Origin: Phoronis australis
Taxonomy: Eukaryota; Animalia; Phoronida
Assembly (NCBI GenBank): GCA_002633005.1
Contig: NMRA01000668.1
Span: 1-64,000, forward strand
Length of the DNA: 64,000 nucleotides
Direction: 5' to 3'
The notes beneath the pieces are model-generated. The model searched no databases. It worked only from the letters and a program-made list of their open reading frames with translations, and was not told the origin of the DNA. Below, piece by piece: positions 26,901 to 38,900 of this stretch. The number at the start of each line of letters is the position of its first letter. Position 1 is the first letter of the stretch. Made by a program: the position numbers and the translations under genes.

Positions 26901-29900
26901 CTGAGGAAATATTGAATCTGAAGTCCTAGAAGTTGACCTTGAATATCTTTTGAATGCTATTGAAACTGTCTGAGCATTAATTTTTGCCAGATTTGGATGT
27001 CTAGTATCTAAAATTATGTTGGTTTAGGGTTCTACTTTCACTCATTCTTTTAAGACACCAGTTTTGGCCACAATTAGCTTGCGAAATGTATGCGCCTTTG
27101 GAGAACTACTCCTGGTATTGTTACTAATTTGCACATGACATCTTGGGTTCACGACATCTTGGGTTCACGACATCTTGGGTTCACGACATCTTGGGTTCAC
27201 GACATCTTGGGTTCATGACATCTTGTGTTCATGACATCTTGGGTTCATGATATTTTGAGTTCATGACCTTTTTGACCTTCTCTACTTGTGTTTGCAGGTC
27301 ATCTGAGCGCTGCCAATATTATGCTTGAAGGACGAGTAGTAAAGTTGATGGATATTGAGAACACTCTGCTTGGTCTTCCCCCTTTCTACAGGACATACGT
27401 GGCAGAGTTCAAGAAGATGCAGGTTTTGTGAACAACTGATTCTTCCAAAAACCATTAGGGTTCTCTGATCACCCAAGTATACGGTTTTTAGTTGTTTGAA
27501 AAACAATTCAGCAATTCTTTGCAAGTTTGTGGAAGTTGCGGCAAAATTGTGAAGAGATCGTAAGAGAACGGAAGTTTGTAGAAAACATGACAACCATGAT
27601 CATAGTTAAAATCAAATAGATGTTGCAATGCCGTGCAGTTACCGAGGAATAAAAATATAATAAAACTAGTAAAACTAAAATGTGCATCGGTATTAAAATA
27701 CGCTCAATACATGGGGATTATTTTTATGCGCCCACATATTTATATGTGGACGCATTATGCCGTCATCTCTGTCCGTCCGTCCGTCCGTCCGTCCGTCCGT
27801 CCGGGCGGCGTCCGTCCGGCGTCCGGCGTCCGCTGCTCTATCTCCAAAACCCTTTGACATACGTTCATGAAATTTGGCACATATGTTCCATTCATGAATG
27901 GGACGGCATGTGCGAACTTTCGGACGGATCCGACTACCGGTGTGCCCCCTAGTGGCAATTTTAGTTTTTTACGCTTACCTTTGTATCTTCAAAAGTATTG
28001 AACGGATTTTCATGAAATTTGGTATGTAGGCACCTATTAGTGAGATGACGCTATCCTACTGTTTTCAGATGGATTCGACGTAGTTTGCGCCACCTAGTGG
28101 CCATTTTTACTGTTTTCGAGTCTGTATTTTTGCGTCCACCCCTCTATCAACCAAACCGCTCAAAGGATGATTGTGAAAATTGGCGTGTATGTGCTTACTA
28201 TAAGGAAGACAGCTGACAATGATTTTCAGACGATTTGGACTACTGTGGCGCCTCCTAGTGGCAGTTTTGTTTTTTTGCGCCCATGGCTGTATCTCCCAAA
28301 CCGTTTGCAGGATCTTTACTAAATTTAGCAAGTGTATTTATGTGATGTTGACAACGGACGATGACGACTTTAGGATGATTCTGATTACCGGTATGCCTCT
28401 AGTGGCAATTTTAGTATTTGCCTCTAGTGGCAATTTTAGTATTTTACATTGACCTCTGTATTTTCATAGGTCTTCAGGTGTATACTTTGTGTTACTTCGT
28501 GACTGTGAAGGAAAAGTTCCAAGTAGAAATTTGTTTCTGGCATTCTAATGCTGTGCTAATCTCGTATGTTGGTAAATTTGTTTTTAATTCTATGTTTCTG
28601 TGGTGCTTTAAGCAACTGGTGTATAGGATGTGCTTGTATTATGAAGATTACTCACATTTTGCCCCTAGCCTATTGAGGAGACAATGACCATGCCTTTCCA
28701 TTTTGCAAAGTATGCCCTCTACTGGCCACTTTATGGTACCAATAAACAACCCTAGAAGGATACCGTATGCGGTGCAATTGTGGGCGCATTTCAACGCTCC
28801 GCGTTGCTCTTGTAGTATATTTTAGTACCGACGCTCGTCATTTTAGTTTTACTAGTTTTACTATTTTATGATCATAATTTTGTTGTTAAGGGTTTTGTTT
28901 TAGTTTGGTTTTGTATTCATGGCAGTTATCGAAGTGTTAGTGTCAGAACTAATGCACTTCCCTGCACAGATATCAGGTGCTCAGGAACTCGGAGGTAAGA
29001 GCACTAGACCGGCAATCTAGAGACCTGTGGTTCGATTCCCATTTGGAGTTCCTGATTTTTCTGTTGTACGCTTTCCCACATTAACTAGTCCTATTTCTGT
29101 GACCTCTGTGTATGGTATTATATTAGTGAGCTTCAAGCAACACCGACTTATTTCGTTAAACTTCCAGACTACGGAAGCCATTGACGTCTATGCCTTCGGT
29201 CATTTGTTGTATGAAATGGCTTTTGGGGAGCTGCTGAATGACTCCACGTGTTACATACTGCCACCTGACTGCCCAGCAGAACTCCGTAAGTAACGATTTT
29301 TTGTTTTCACATTCTACAAGTTGTCATTGAAATTACTGCACTTTGTTTAGCGTAGATGATGTTCAAATAGCACTGTCGTTTATTTCCTGTTCTACATTAG
29401 CATTGTTTGAGCATGCAAATAATTGGTTGATGGTTTGGTTGAGATGCAGAACTGTTAGTATATAGGTGCGATGGGTATTTATTGCCGTAAATGCTAATTA
29501 TCACAAAGAAATTATCAAAGAAAATCGGTGTACTTAAACGTCTAGGCAAATTTTTTAATGTCCTTACTCTTAAGACCCTTTACCATTCGATTATTCAGCC
29601 TCATATTGATTATTGTTTACCGGTTTGGGGGCACACTAGTGACACACTTGTAAACTAAGTCCAAGTAATCCAAAATAGAGCCGCGAGGGCTATCCTGGGT
29701 ACTAAAATTAGGGACACTAGGGTTGACGACTTGTACTCCAAGCTGGGATTTATGAAAGTAAGACAAAGAAATAAATATCTCTCTGCCTGTTGTATATACA
29801 GATGCATCAATGGCTTGGCTCCTGCATATCTCAGCAGTAAATTCAATAGCAGTCAGGCTGTTTATTCTACACGTTCTTCTGTTGCTGGCAATGTTTCTTC

Positions 29901-32900
29901 TAAAAAAATTACAACCGAGACGGGCAAGAGATTTTTTATCTATGCAGCTGCTATAATATGGAATTCTTTTAGCCCAGAAATTAAACGGTCCAATTCAATT
30001 ACTACCTTTAAAGTTAATGTTAAAAAGTGGCTGTAATTTACTTAACCTTTTATACCCTGCCTGTCTTAATCATGTCATTTTTTNGGTCATTTGTTGTATG
30101 AAATGGCTTTTGGGGAGCTGCTGAATGACTCCACGTGTTACATACTGCCACCTGACTGCCCAGCAGAACTCCGTAAGTAACGATTTTTTGTTTTCACATT
30201 CTACAAGTTGTCATTGAAATTACTGCACTTTGTTTATCGTAGATGATGTTCAAATAGCACTGTCGTTTATTTCCTGTTCTACATTAGCATTGTTTGAGCA
30301 TGCAAATACATCTTTAATTGGTTGATGGTTTGGTTGAGATGCAGAACTGTTAGTATATATGTGCGATGGGTATTTATTGCCGTAAATGCTAATTACATTT
30401 GTTGTGTTACAGGGTCCGTCCTCGAGTCTATACTGACACTTGAAGCCTGCAAAAATGGCCTGCCATCAGTCACTGACCTGTTGACACATCCGTAAGTGGT
30501 ACAATAAAACAAGAGCATGGTGTTGAGTTTTTGCTCGTCATTGAGGATTGCATCTTAGACCTTTAAAATTTTGTAGAAATCATTATTTTCTTGGAAAATT
30601 GATATGGGATTAATTTCAGTGATTATCTTGTTGTCTTTTCACAACTGGTCACAAGTTCACACATCGTTGCCTAACATTTATCTTCATTTTTCCAAAACGT
30701 TTAGAAAATAAAGTGAGCTTGCCTTGCAAAATAGTTACTTTATCTGGCATAACAAGCTGGAGTACTCGGCTCCCATTTGTCACTTTTAAAGCCCAATCGT
30801 TGTCTGTGTCCAATTGAAACAGAATAAAGCCAGTGACAACTGGAGTAGTTAGTAGCATCAAATATCATGATTAAGATGCTTATTACACAAAACGTACCGA
30901 GAGTGGCGTACATGAAGTAATACCCACGAGACATTGTTCCGCGTATCGACCGAGACCGTTTTGTTCCGTACGCTTCGAATTCCTAAGTTCCTTTTATTTT
31001 TTCCGCAGATTTTTTAAATACTTCACTCAGACTGTTCACGTGGTGGATCACATCCTATATGTATGTACTTGCACGTTAGGCTGCAATAAAAAAAAGTTTT
31101 AAATGTGACGATTTATTACATGATAAGATATGACAAAGATGAAAACAAGGGTAACTTTTCATTGAACTTGTAACATCTCCTGAAAATAGTTTAATAACAA
31201 CAATATTTGATATTGTAGTTACCGAGGAATCGGCACCTCAGCAGCATTGTTGCAGACGATAAAATATTCAGCAATATGAATGCAAACGGAGACAGAACTG
31301 TCATATAATTAAGTCCTGTCCCAGATGGTACAATTGAGACCTGATTGTAAATTGAGCGTTATTTACACTGCTCTAGTTGTATTACTTTAAACTGTTTTTC
31401 GAAAGTTTGATGATCGAACGATGTCGAGTCGACATTGACTTATCTTCTGAACTTTCCATGTCAGAGGTCACTGTTGAAGTAGTGCGGGAGGTGAATACAG
31501 AAAACTTTACTACATGGCCGTATTTCCGTCGACAGATTCAACGCGTATGGGATAAAGTATTAAATACTCTGAGCACATCTCTTGACAGTGTGTGTTAGTT
31601 AAATATTAGGTCCTGCAACATATTGGCTTTGCAGCCGTTACTGTCTTACTGTCACTATGTCATGGCTTGATGCTTTCAATAATGCCAACTTAATACATGT
31701 GTCCTGGCAAAGTCTCCAGAGTTGCCAAGTTGGAAGTCAAGGTGCCACAGCGAGGAAACCTTGCACTGAGTGTTTGCTTGGCTGGTACGTGATGACCTGG
31801 AATTTTTGTCAGGTCCCCGAACAAAATCTGAGGTCGGTTTGGCTAGCTGCAGGTCACCGAATCGAGCCCTTTTCTGCAAATGCATGAGCTCTGTTGTATT
31901 GCCATGATGATAAATCACTTAGCTCAGGTATTGCAGTCTGTAGGTCAAGTTGAGTGCCTTCCACATTCTTTGGTGGTTTTCACCAGCTGATGACTGATTG
32001 CTTAATTTTAGATTGTTCAGTGAAGTCATCCTGCCACCATCCACCAAACCTGTTGTGAAGATTCCAAGTAAGCTGAAAGACGTCATACGGTTAGCTAAGG
32101 ATGCCACGGAGCGGAGGCTAAATGAAGAACAGAAAATCGTACGTATTTACTAAATGTAGTGCACAATGTATATCGACAAGTTTGTATTTAATGTGTGCAG
32201 TATAGAGTTTAGGTATTAAATAAGTTCTTGAAAGTAGAAAGTCTGTAGAATTTGATGGTTTATTTTTTGTCACGCTGCCATTAATGGAATTATTTGTGAA
32301 TAGTCACATTGATAGCAACATAATGATACTAATAACATGATCAAAGATCATTTGAAAAAATGTTCATGGTTGGAGTCAGTTTTAAGCACGCTTTAAGTGG
32401 TCTAACTATGCAACAAGTAGTTTCTTTGATAGATTGCAGGCTTTTAGCTGCTTTAACAAATTATCGTTTTTATGCGTCCATCTGGCATTTGCTTCAGTGT
32501 ACCTCCAAACCTCTTGCAGGATCATGAGAAAATTTGGCAAATGTGTTCCTATGAAGCTGACACCAGACTACGACAATTTTCTAACCAATCTGACTACTGC
32601 TCTGCCCCCTAGTAGCTGTTTAAGTTTTTAAAAAGTTTGACGTCCGTCTTTCTATCTGCCAAGTTGTTCTTAGGATCATTATTAAATTGGCAGATGTGTT
32701 TCTGATGAGATGATTGGTTCGACTACTCTGGTGCCCTCTTGTGTCATATCTGTTTTTTGTGTCCACAGCTGTATCTTATAACTCTTTGCAACGTCTTTGT
32801 GAAATTTGGCATCTGTGCTCTTTTAAAAATGACAACAGATGGCGACGAGTTTTAAACCAATCTGACTACAACTGTGGGCCTAGAGGCAATTTTAGTGTTT

Positions 32901-35900
32901 TATGTTGCCTAGTCTGTATCTTTGAAGTTTATTGGGATGGATTTTTGTGGAATTTAACATATAGCTTGCTGTCAAGTTAATAACATTGCCTTTTAATTTT
33001 TGGTTGAACTTTTTTATGTTCCATAAACAAGTTAAAGTTCATAGCCGTTTTAACAAATTGTCATTTCTTGTCATCACAATAATAACGCTTAGGTGTTGAC
33101 AGTGGTGTCGCGATCAGTTTTTCTGTAGTGATCATTAATTTCGTGCACACTTTAGGTATATATCTCTACCATTTCAATCAACTTTACTTTTTAGATCAAT
33201 AAAATTCGTCGGCGATCCAAAGCCCAGTCCTACCACATGTCTGAGGAAGAAAAGAAAAAGAGAAGGAAATCCAAAAAGGTACGCCACCTGTTGAGCTGTT
33301 GAGGAGTTTGTCCCATTTTAAAATTAATAATTTCATTGCCATGCAATGTCCTGACCTTAACAAAGGTTCTATTGATAGCCACGGTTGCATTCCCACATAG
33401 ATGCAGGTCCTGCACTGCTCAATATGCCGCATAAATTCGCTGTACACCTCAAGGAGTTTAGTCCACATTGGTTCATCGGGAGTTGCATTTCTGTCATGTT
33501 CTATTACCTTCGGCCGGACTTCGATTTTTTAACGACACCTTGACACCTAATCATATTTCCTATTGTAGAAGTCAGTAGCTGATGAAGATGTTCCTGATGA
33601 GCACAGAACCACCAATGGGTCGTCGTCCATCCCGCCTGCTACGCCCACCAGCCCCACATCACCCACAGTACCAGGTAAGTGAGGCTGTTGACTTGATGAC
33701 CATCATGTACTGCGATCAACTAACAGATCTGATTTAAGTTTCTGTGTAATGATTGTTGGATTTGTTTTGGATTAATTTACAGTGAGAGCCAGTTAATCTT
33801 TTCGTTAAGAACATTGCGGTGAAACCTTGTCTTACTCACTTCATTGCTATGCAGGCTGACTTGTTTGTATGCACCCCTTGTTTGGTATGATCACCTGAGT
33901 TTAATTCAGAAGTTTCCTGTATCACTGCAAATGCTTGAAAGTTTAGCGAAATATTTTTTGGAAGACTGTGACTTAAAATTCTTGCTAAATGCAGGTTGTG
34001 AAATTTGAAGTCAACTTTATATCCCAATCTGTTAAGTATTCACTGCAGTTGCTGCCTCATCTGGGCTTGAATTTGAATTGCCACTGGAAATTATTTGCAT
34101 ACAAGAAGTGGAAAAGTTTCCAACATACTCCTATTATCAGTTCTATAATGACCTCCAGGTTCATTCCCCTTTCAGTATCCTAGCAACAGATTCTCCCGGT
34201 AACTATCATTGATACGCAGCTGTTGTCCGTGCATGTCTGTCTATCATATTCTACTCTGTGGATATTTTAAGAAAGCCTCACAGCTCTCACGTTTCTAGCA
34301 GGTTTTATTGGTGCCAGTTGATTTCAAAGTTGTTGCGAACTGCATATGACGGGCTTGCAAAGCTGAAGCTTTTCAAAAATAAATTCTTGTTTTCATTCCG
34401 CTTGCCCCAACGTTCTCAGTCTCCATCTGACCCTTTGTCCCCTTTAGTACCTCTCACTCAGTCCGACTGCTTCCCAGTCAATCTCTCCCTTAGTCCTTTC
34501 TTTAGTTACTAATTCGTGGTTTTCAGTCACTAAATCCTTCCATAATACTCTGGCCTTGTCTTTTCATTCCTTCATCTGCACACATTTTCCCTATCAGCCT
34601 GACCAGTTTTACTCTTGCCCGATCATTTACAAATTCTTGCATTCATCTCTTGACCTTCTCCCTTTCTTATGTGCATTTTTCGTAAATTCATCTCATTCCA
34701 TGCAAATTCCTTTTAAAGCGGCTATAATAATCTGTCTTTCGTCACGAAAATCAACACAATATGGTTTAGACTGGTGTATAAGATGGGTCTTAACTTCTTT
34801 GATGGTTCAAATGGATGTAATTTGTAAGCTTGGAAATAACTGACACTTCATTATTGCTTGAGACCAGGCTTTACAACATTTTGTGTTGTTTGGCAAGCAA
34901 TAACATTCAAGTAACTTTCAGTTCTATGCAAGACCAAAAATTATTCTCTTCTGACTAAAGACCAAGTTGAGACCAATTCTCACTCCCATATGTCTTCCTG
35001 ACCCACACACACACTTACACGCACACACATACATGCGCGCACACACCCTAACTCACCCACACTCACACCCACATCAATACCATCACCCACAACCTCACAC
35101 TTTTGCCCACACCAACATTCCATACTTAATACTTGACAACACACATGCATGCATACACTCACACACGCACGTGCACGCGCACGCACGCGCACGCACGCGC
35201 ACGCACACGCACGCACACACACACACACACACACATCCTCATGCCCTCACTCACAACTACATCAAGACCCACATTCACACCCTCAGTGACACCCACACCC
35301 TCTTTCATACCCACATCCACACCCATGCTGTCACGCACACACCAACACCCACGATCATGATCACAACCACAACCACACCCTCATCCTCTCCCCTTGTTTC
35401 TCTCTCTCGTCCTTGTTCAAGACCTTTTCTCTACTCTTCTAATATCTCCTGTATGTCCCTCAGTGCCTCTCTCCCTATTCCTCATTCTGTCTACGAGACA
35501 TTAATGTCTTGATGGCTTTGCACAATAACTGTTCTAAAGCATAATTTTTTAAATAGAAAACAGGTGTGCCGTTTAAGAAAGTTATACAAGTGTCATTCTC
35601 TCGGACATCGTCTTAAAATTGAATGTACCTGCTACACAGTGTGCATGTTTCGAGTCCCCTTTTGTTGCTAGAAGTTTGTATATTCCAGTATGAGTGGGAT
35701 GTTGTTTTATTTAGATTATGTAATGCAAATTTATGGAACCTGTATGCAAGGTCCTGATGGACAGTACCTAAGTCGTGATCATGGGATTGTGATGTCGTCG
35801 TCACCATTCATTAAAATCATGGCATTGTCTCTACAGCAAATTTGATATTCAATAACCCTACCGTCTTCATTGTTGTAATCATAGACTATAGTAGATTGAC

Positions 35901-38900
35901 CGTCAACTCCGTTTTTTGTTTTCATTGGACGAAATCTGTGATCATACTTGACGTCACTATTCACTAGCGACACCTGGCAGACATAGCATGTTTTACTTCC
36001 GACAAGTGCGTCATCTGTTAATTATGGTCGTGTGCATGACCAATAGCATTGCCAAAAGTTCTACTATTGGAAGACTTTGAACAGCATTGCAATGCCAAAA
36101 TTAATATTTTTTGTTGTACTGGACAATAAAGTAGATGCAAGACTTTACTGTCACAATACACTAACTAGAAGCTGAGTATGCTATGTTTAAAGGGTGGCGC
36201 CTCCAATAGGATAGTACGCAAGAAAATTTCGGTGATGCGAATCTGTTTTCTATAATCTATGCTGTAATTGAGGAACATGTGGTAGCAACAAACTATAATC
36301 TGACTGTCTGAGTGTGTAGATGGTATTAGTTCTAATTGTTCATGTTTGACTGACTGTTGTATTGCTCACATGCAATACAATGTTGTCATCGATGGTCAAT
36401 AAAAAATGTTCTCAAAAAGTGCCAAATTTTCAACACTGCACTGAAACTGGTCAAGGAAATTCTTCAAATAATACATTTTACATTATAGTTTTTCTAATTA
36501 AGTAAAAGGTATCGGGTTTTTAACATATTGTCTAAGGGGTAACAGTGCTTTGTGATTATTTATAAAGTGAAGTCGGCATGAATTGAGATAAATTTCATTT
36601 AGTGAGATGTTCAAATTTTAAGTCAAAATTGTGTGAGTTAGTACGGTTACCGTAATAGAATCTCAATCTGTCGACATTGTATCAATAACAGTTGGGTAAA
36701 ACACAGTTGAAACATTTTGCAAAATGTCATGGTTTTAAACCAGAGTGAGTGTCACTGAGTGTCTAAAATCTGTAACTTGCAGAGTAACTGGATACAGGTC
36801 CTAATGGTAAGGTTTCTAATGCATCTCCTAGAAGGTTTCGGGGTGCAGGTTCCTGTGCATAGGTCCTCATGGACCCTACGTTCAATGGTCCAAAGGTTTA
36901 AGACTCATCAGTCCAATTCAACAGTTTGTCATAACGATAAATGCCATCAGTGCAACTTTTGCCCTCGGGCTGTTGGGCCACAGATAATTTATTAGACAAC
37001 CATTTGAATTTTGATTTATAAATAATAATTTTGTTACTTTGATTTTAATTTAGTGAACATTTCTTCTGCAAACTGGCCCTTAAGACCAACAAATCTTGAA
37101 AGTGTGTTACCTTTGGACCATAGAAATATTGGCCCACTTTTCTGGCAGTCTTAATGACTCGATCCAAGTGCAATTTCAAGGATTTTAACATTTCCCTTAG
37201 TTAGTCATTCACTAAATATTTGTTCTTTGGTGTATTTCTGTTGCTTCAGTGTGGTAGACGTTTAACTGTGCTGGATAGTTAGAATCTCAACTAATTTTTA
37301 AAACTAGTTTTGTCTTGACTTGAAAATATTTTGAAATGTACGTCTAAAAGAATCTCCGGGTTAAGACAGTCTTTAAAATTTGTGACACCAAAATTTAAGT
37401 ATATTCTGAACATTGAGGCATGGAGATTTTGGCGTTCATCGTATTTCTTAAATATGAAGACAGTGATTGTGTTTTGTATCAACAGAGCTGGAAAATTGAC
37501 TTTAAGTTGGCAGCTCATAAAATAGCTTGTGACGCAATGTATTTTTATGTTCCCATAGTGTGTGACATTGAAGTGAATGATTGTCGTTGCTCGTACTTCT
37601 TGAATCTGGGACAACCAAGTACAAGCTTTAGAAAAATGGAGAATTTTTATAGTACACACTTTTGATTTGTAAAATACAAGTTGAAATACAATCACTATTA
37701 TTTTCTGAATCAATCAAAACTTTTTCTGTTGGTCAAATACATCTGGTGCCATGTTACTACTTTCTACTCTAAACTTAACATTTATACTTTAATAAATACT
37801 AAATAGTAGAACTAGTAAAACTAATATAACATGCGTCAGTACTAAAATATATTAAAATATCCCCACATATCGAGCGATGCAATCTTTTTCAAGAATGTGC
37901 TACAGAGGTTCATCATTTTAGTTTAACTAGTTTTACTATCGTCGGTAACTACACGACATTGCAACATCTATATGATAAAAATACTAAGTTTTTCGTTACA
38001 ATACAACACCCACAGAGTGTCTACTTTAAAGAAAAAATAGCCTTAATCTAAGTTTTTGGTATTATGATGCCGTTTTTCAAAAAATATTGAAAGGTCTTTA
38101 TTAAAATGTGTGGCATCCTGAACTTGTGACACTTCATCTACACATCATTTTGTTGTATGACCGAGGACGTTCAACAGTTTGCAGTTATCTGTTGTTTTGT
38201 ACAGGCTGTAATGCTACAGTCCAGTGCTGTCTGAAGTCAGTTTCTTGAGAATTTCAATAAATGGAGACTGATCACGTNAAGTGCCGACCACAGAGGCGAC
38301 TCAGTAGACGGCTCCTAGCCGACCGTTGTTGGTCGGCTGCTGGTCGGCTAGACGACCGGTCGACGGCCGGTCGTCGACCAATTTCCGACCGGTCGGCCAA
38401 AAATTCGTGATGTGTGCTGTACATCTGGTGCCATGTTACTACTTCCTACTCTAAACTTAACATTTATACTTTAATAAATACTAAATAGTAGAACTAGTAA
38501 AACTAATATAACATGCGTCAGTACTAAAATATATTAAAATATCCCCACATGTCGAGCGATGCAATCTTTTTCAAGAGTGTGCTACAGAGGCTCATCATTT
38601 TAGTTTAACTAGTTTTACTATTTTATATTTTTATTCGTCGGTAACGACATTGCAACATCTATATGATAAAAATACTAAGTTTTTCGTTACAATACAACAC
38701 CCTCAGAGTGTCTACTTTAAGGTAACAATAGCCTTAATCTAAGTTTTTGGTATTATGATGCCGTGTTTCAAAAAATATTGAAAGGTCTTTTATTAAAAAG
38801 CGTGGCATCCGGAATTTGTGACACTTCATCTACACATCATTTTGTTGTATGACCGAGGACGTTCAACAGTTTGCAGTTATCTGTTGTTTTGTACAGGCTG

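Noticed and set aside
27134-27268. CRISPR-like array
   Set aside because: Head-to-tail 16-mers with no spacers, in a eukaryotic intron with no cas genes.
34967-35512. 181-aa His/Thr-rich ORF
   Set aside because: Translation of a CA/CACG microsatellite; the nearby acceptor is out of phase with PXK exon 13.
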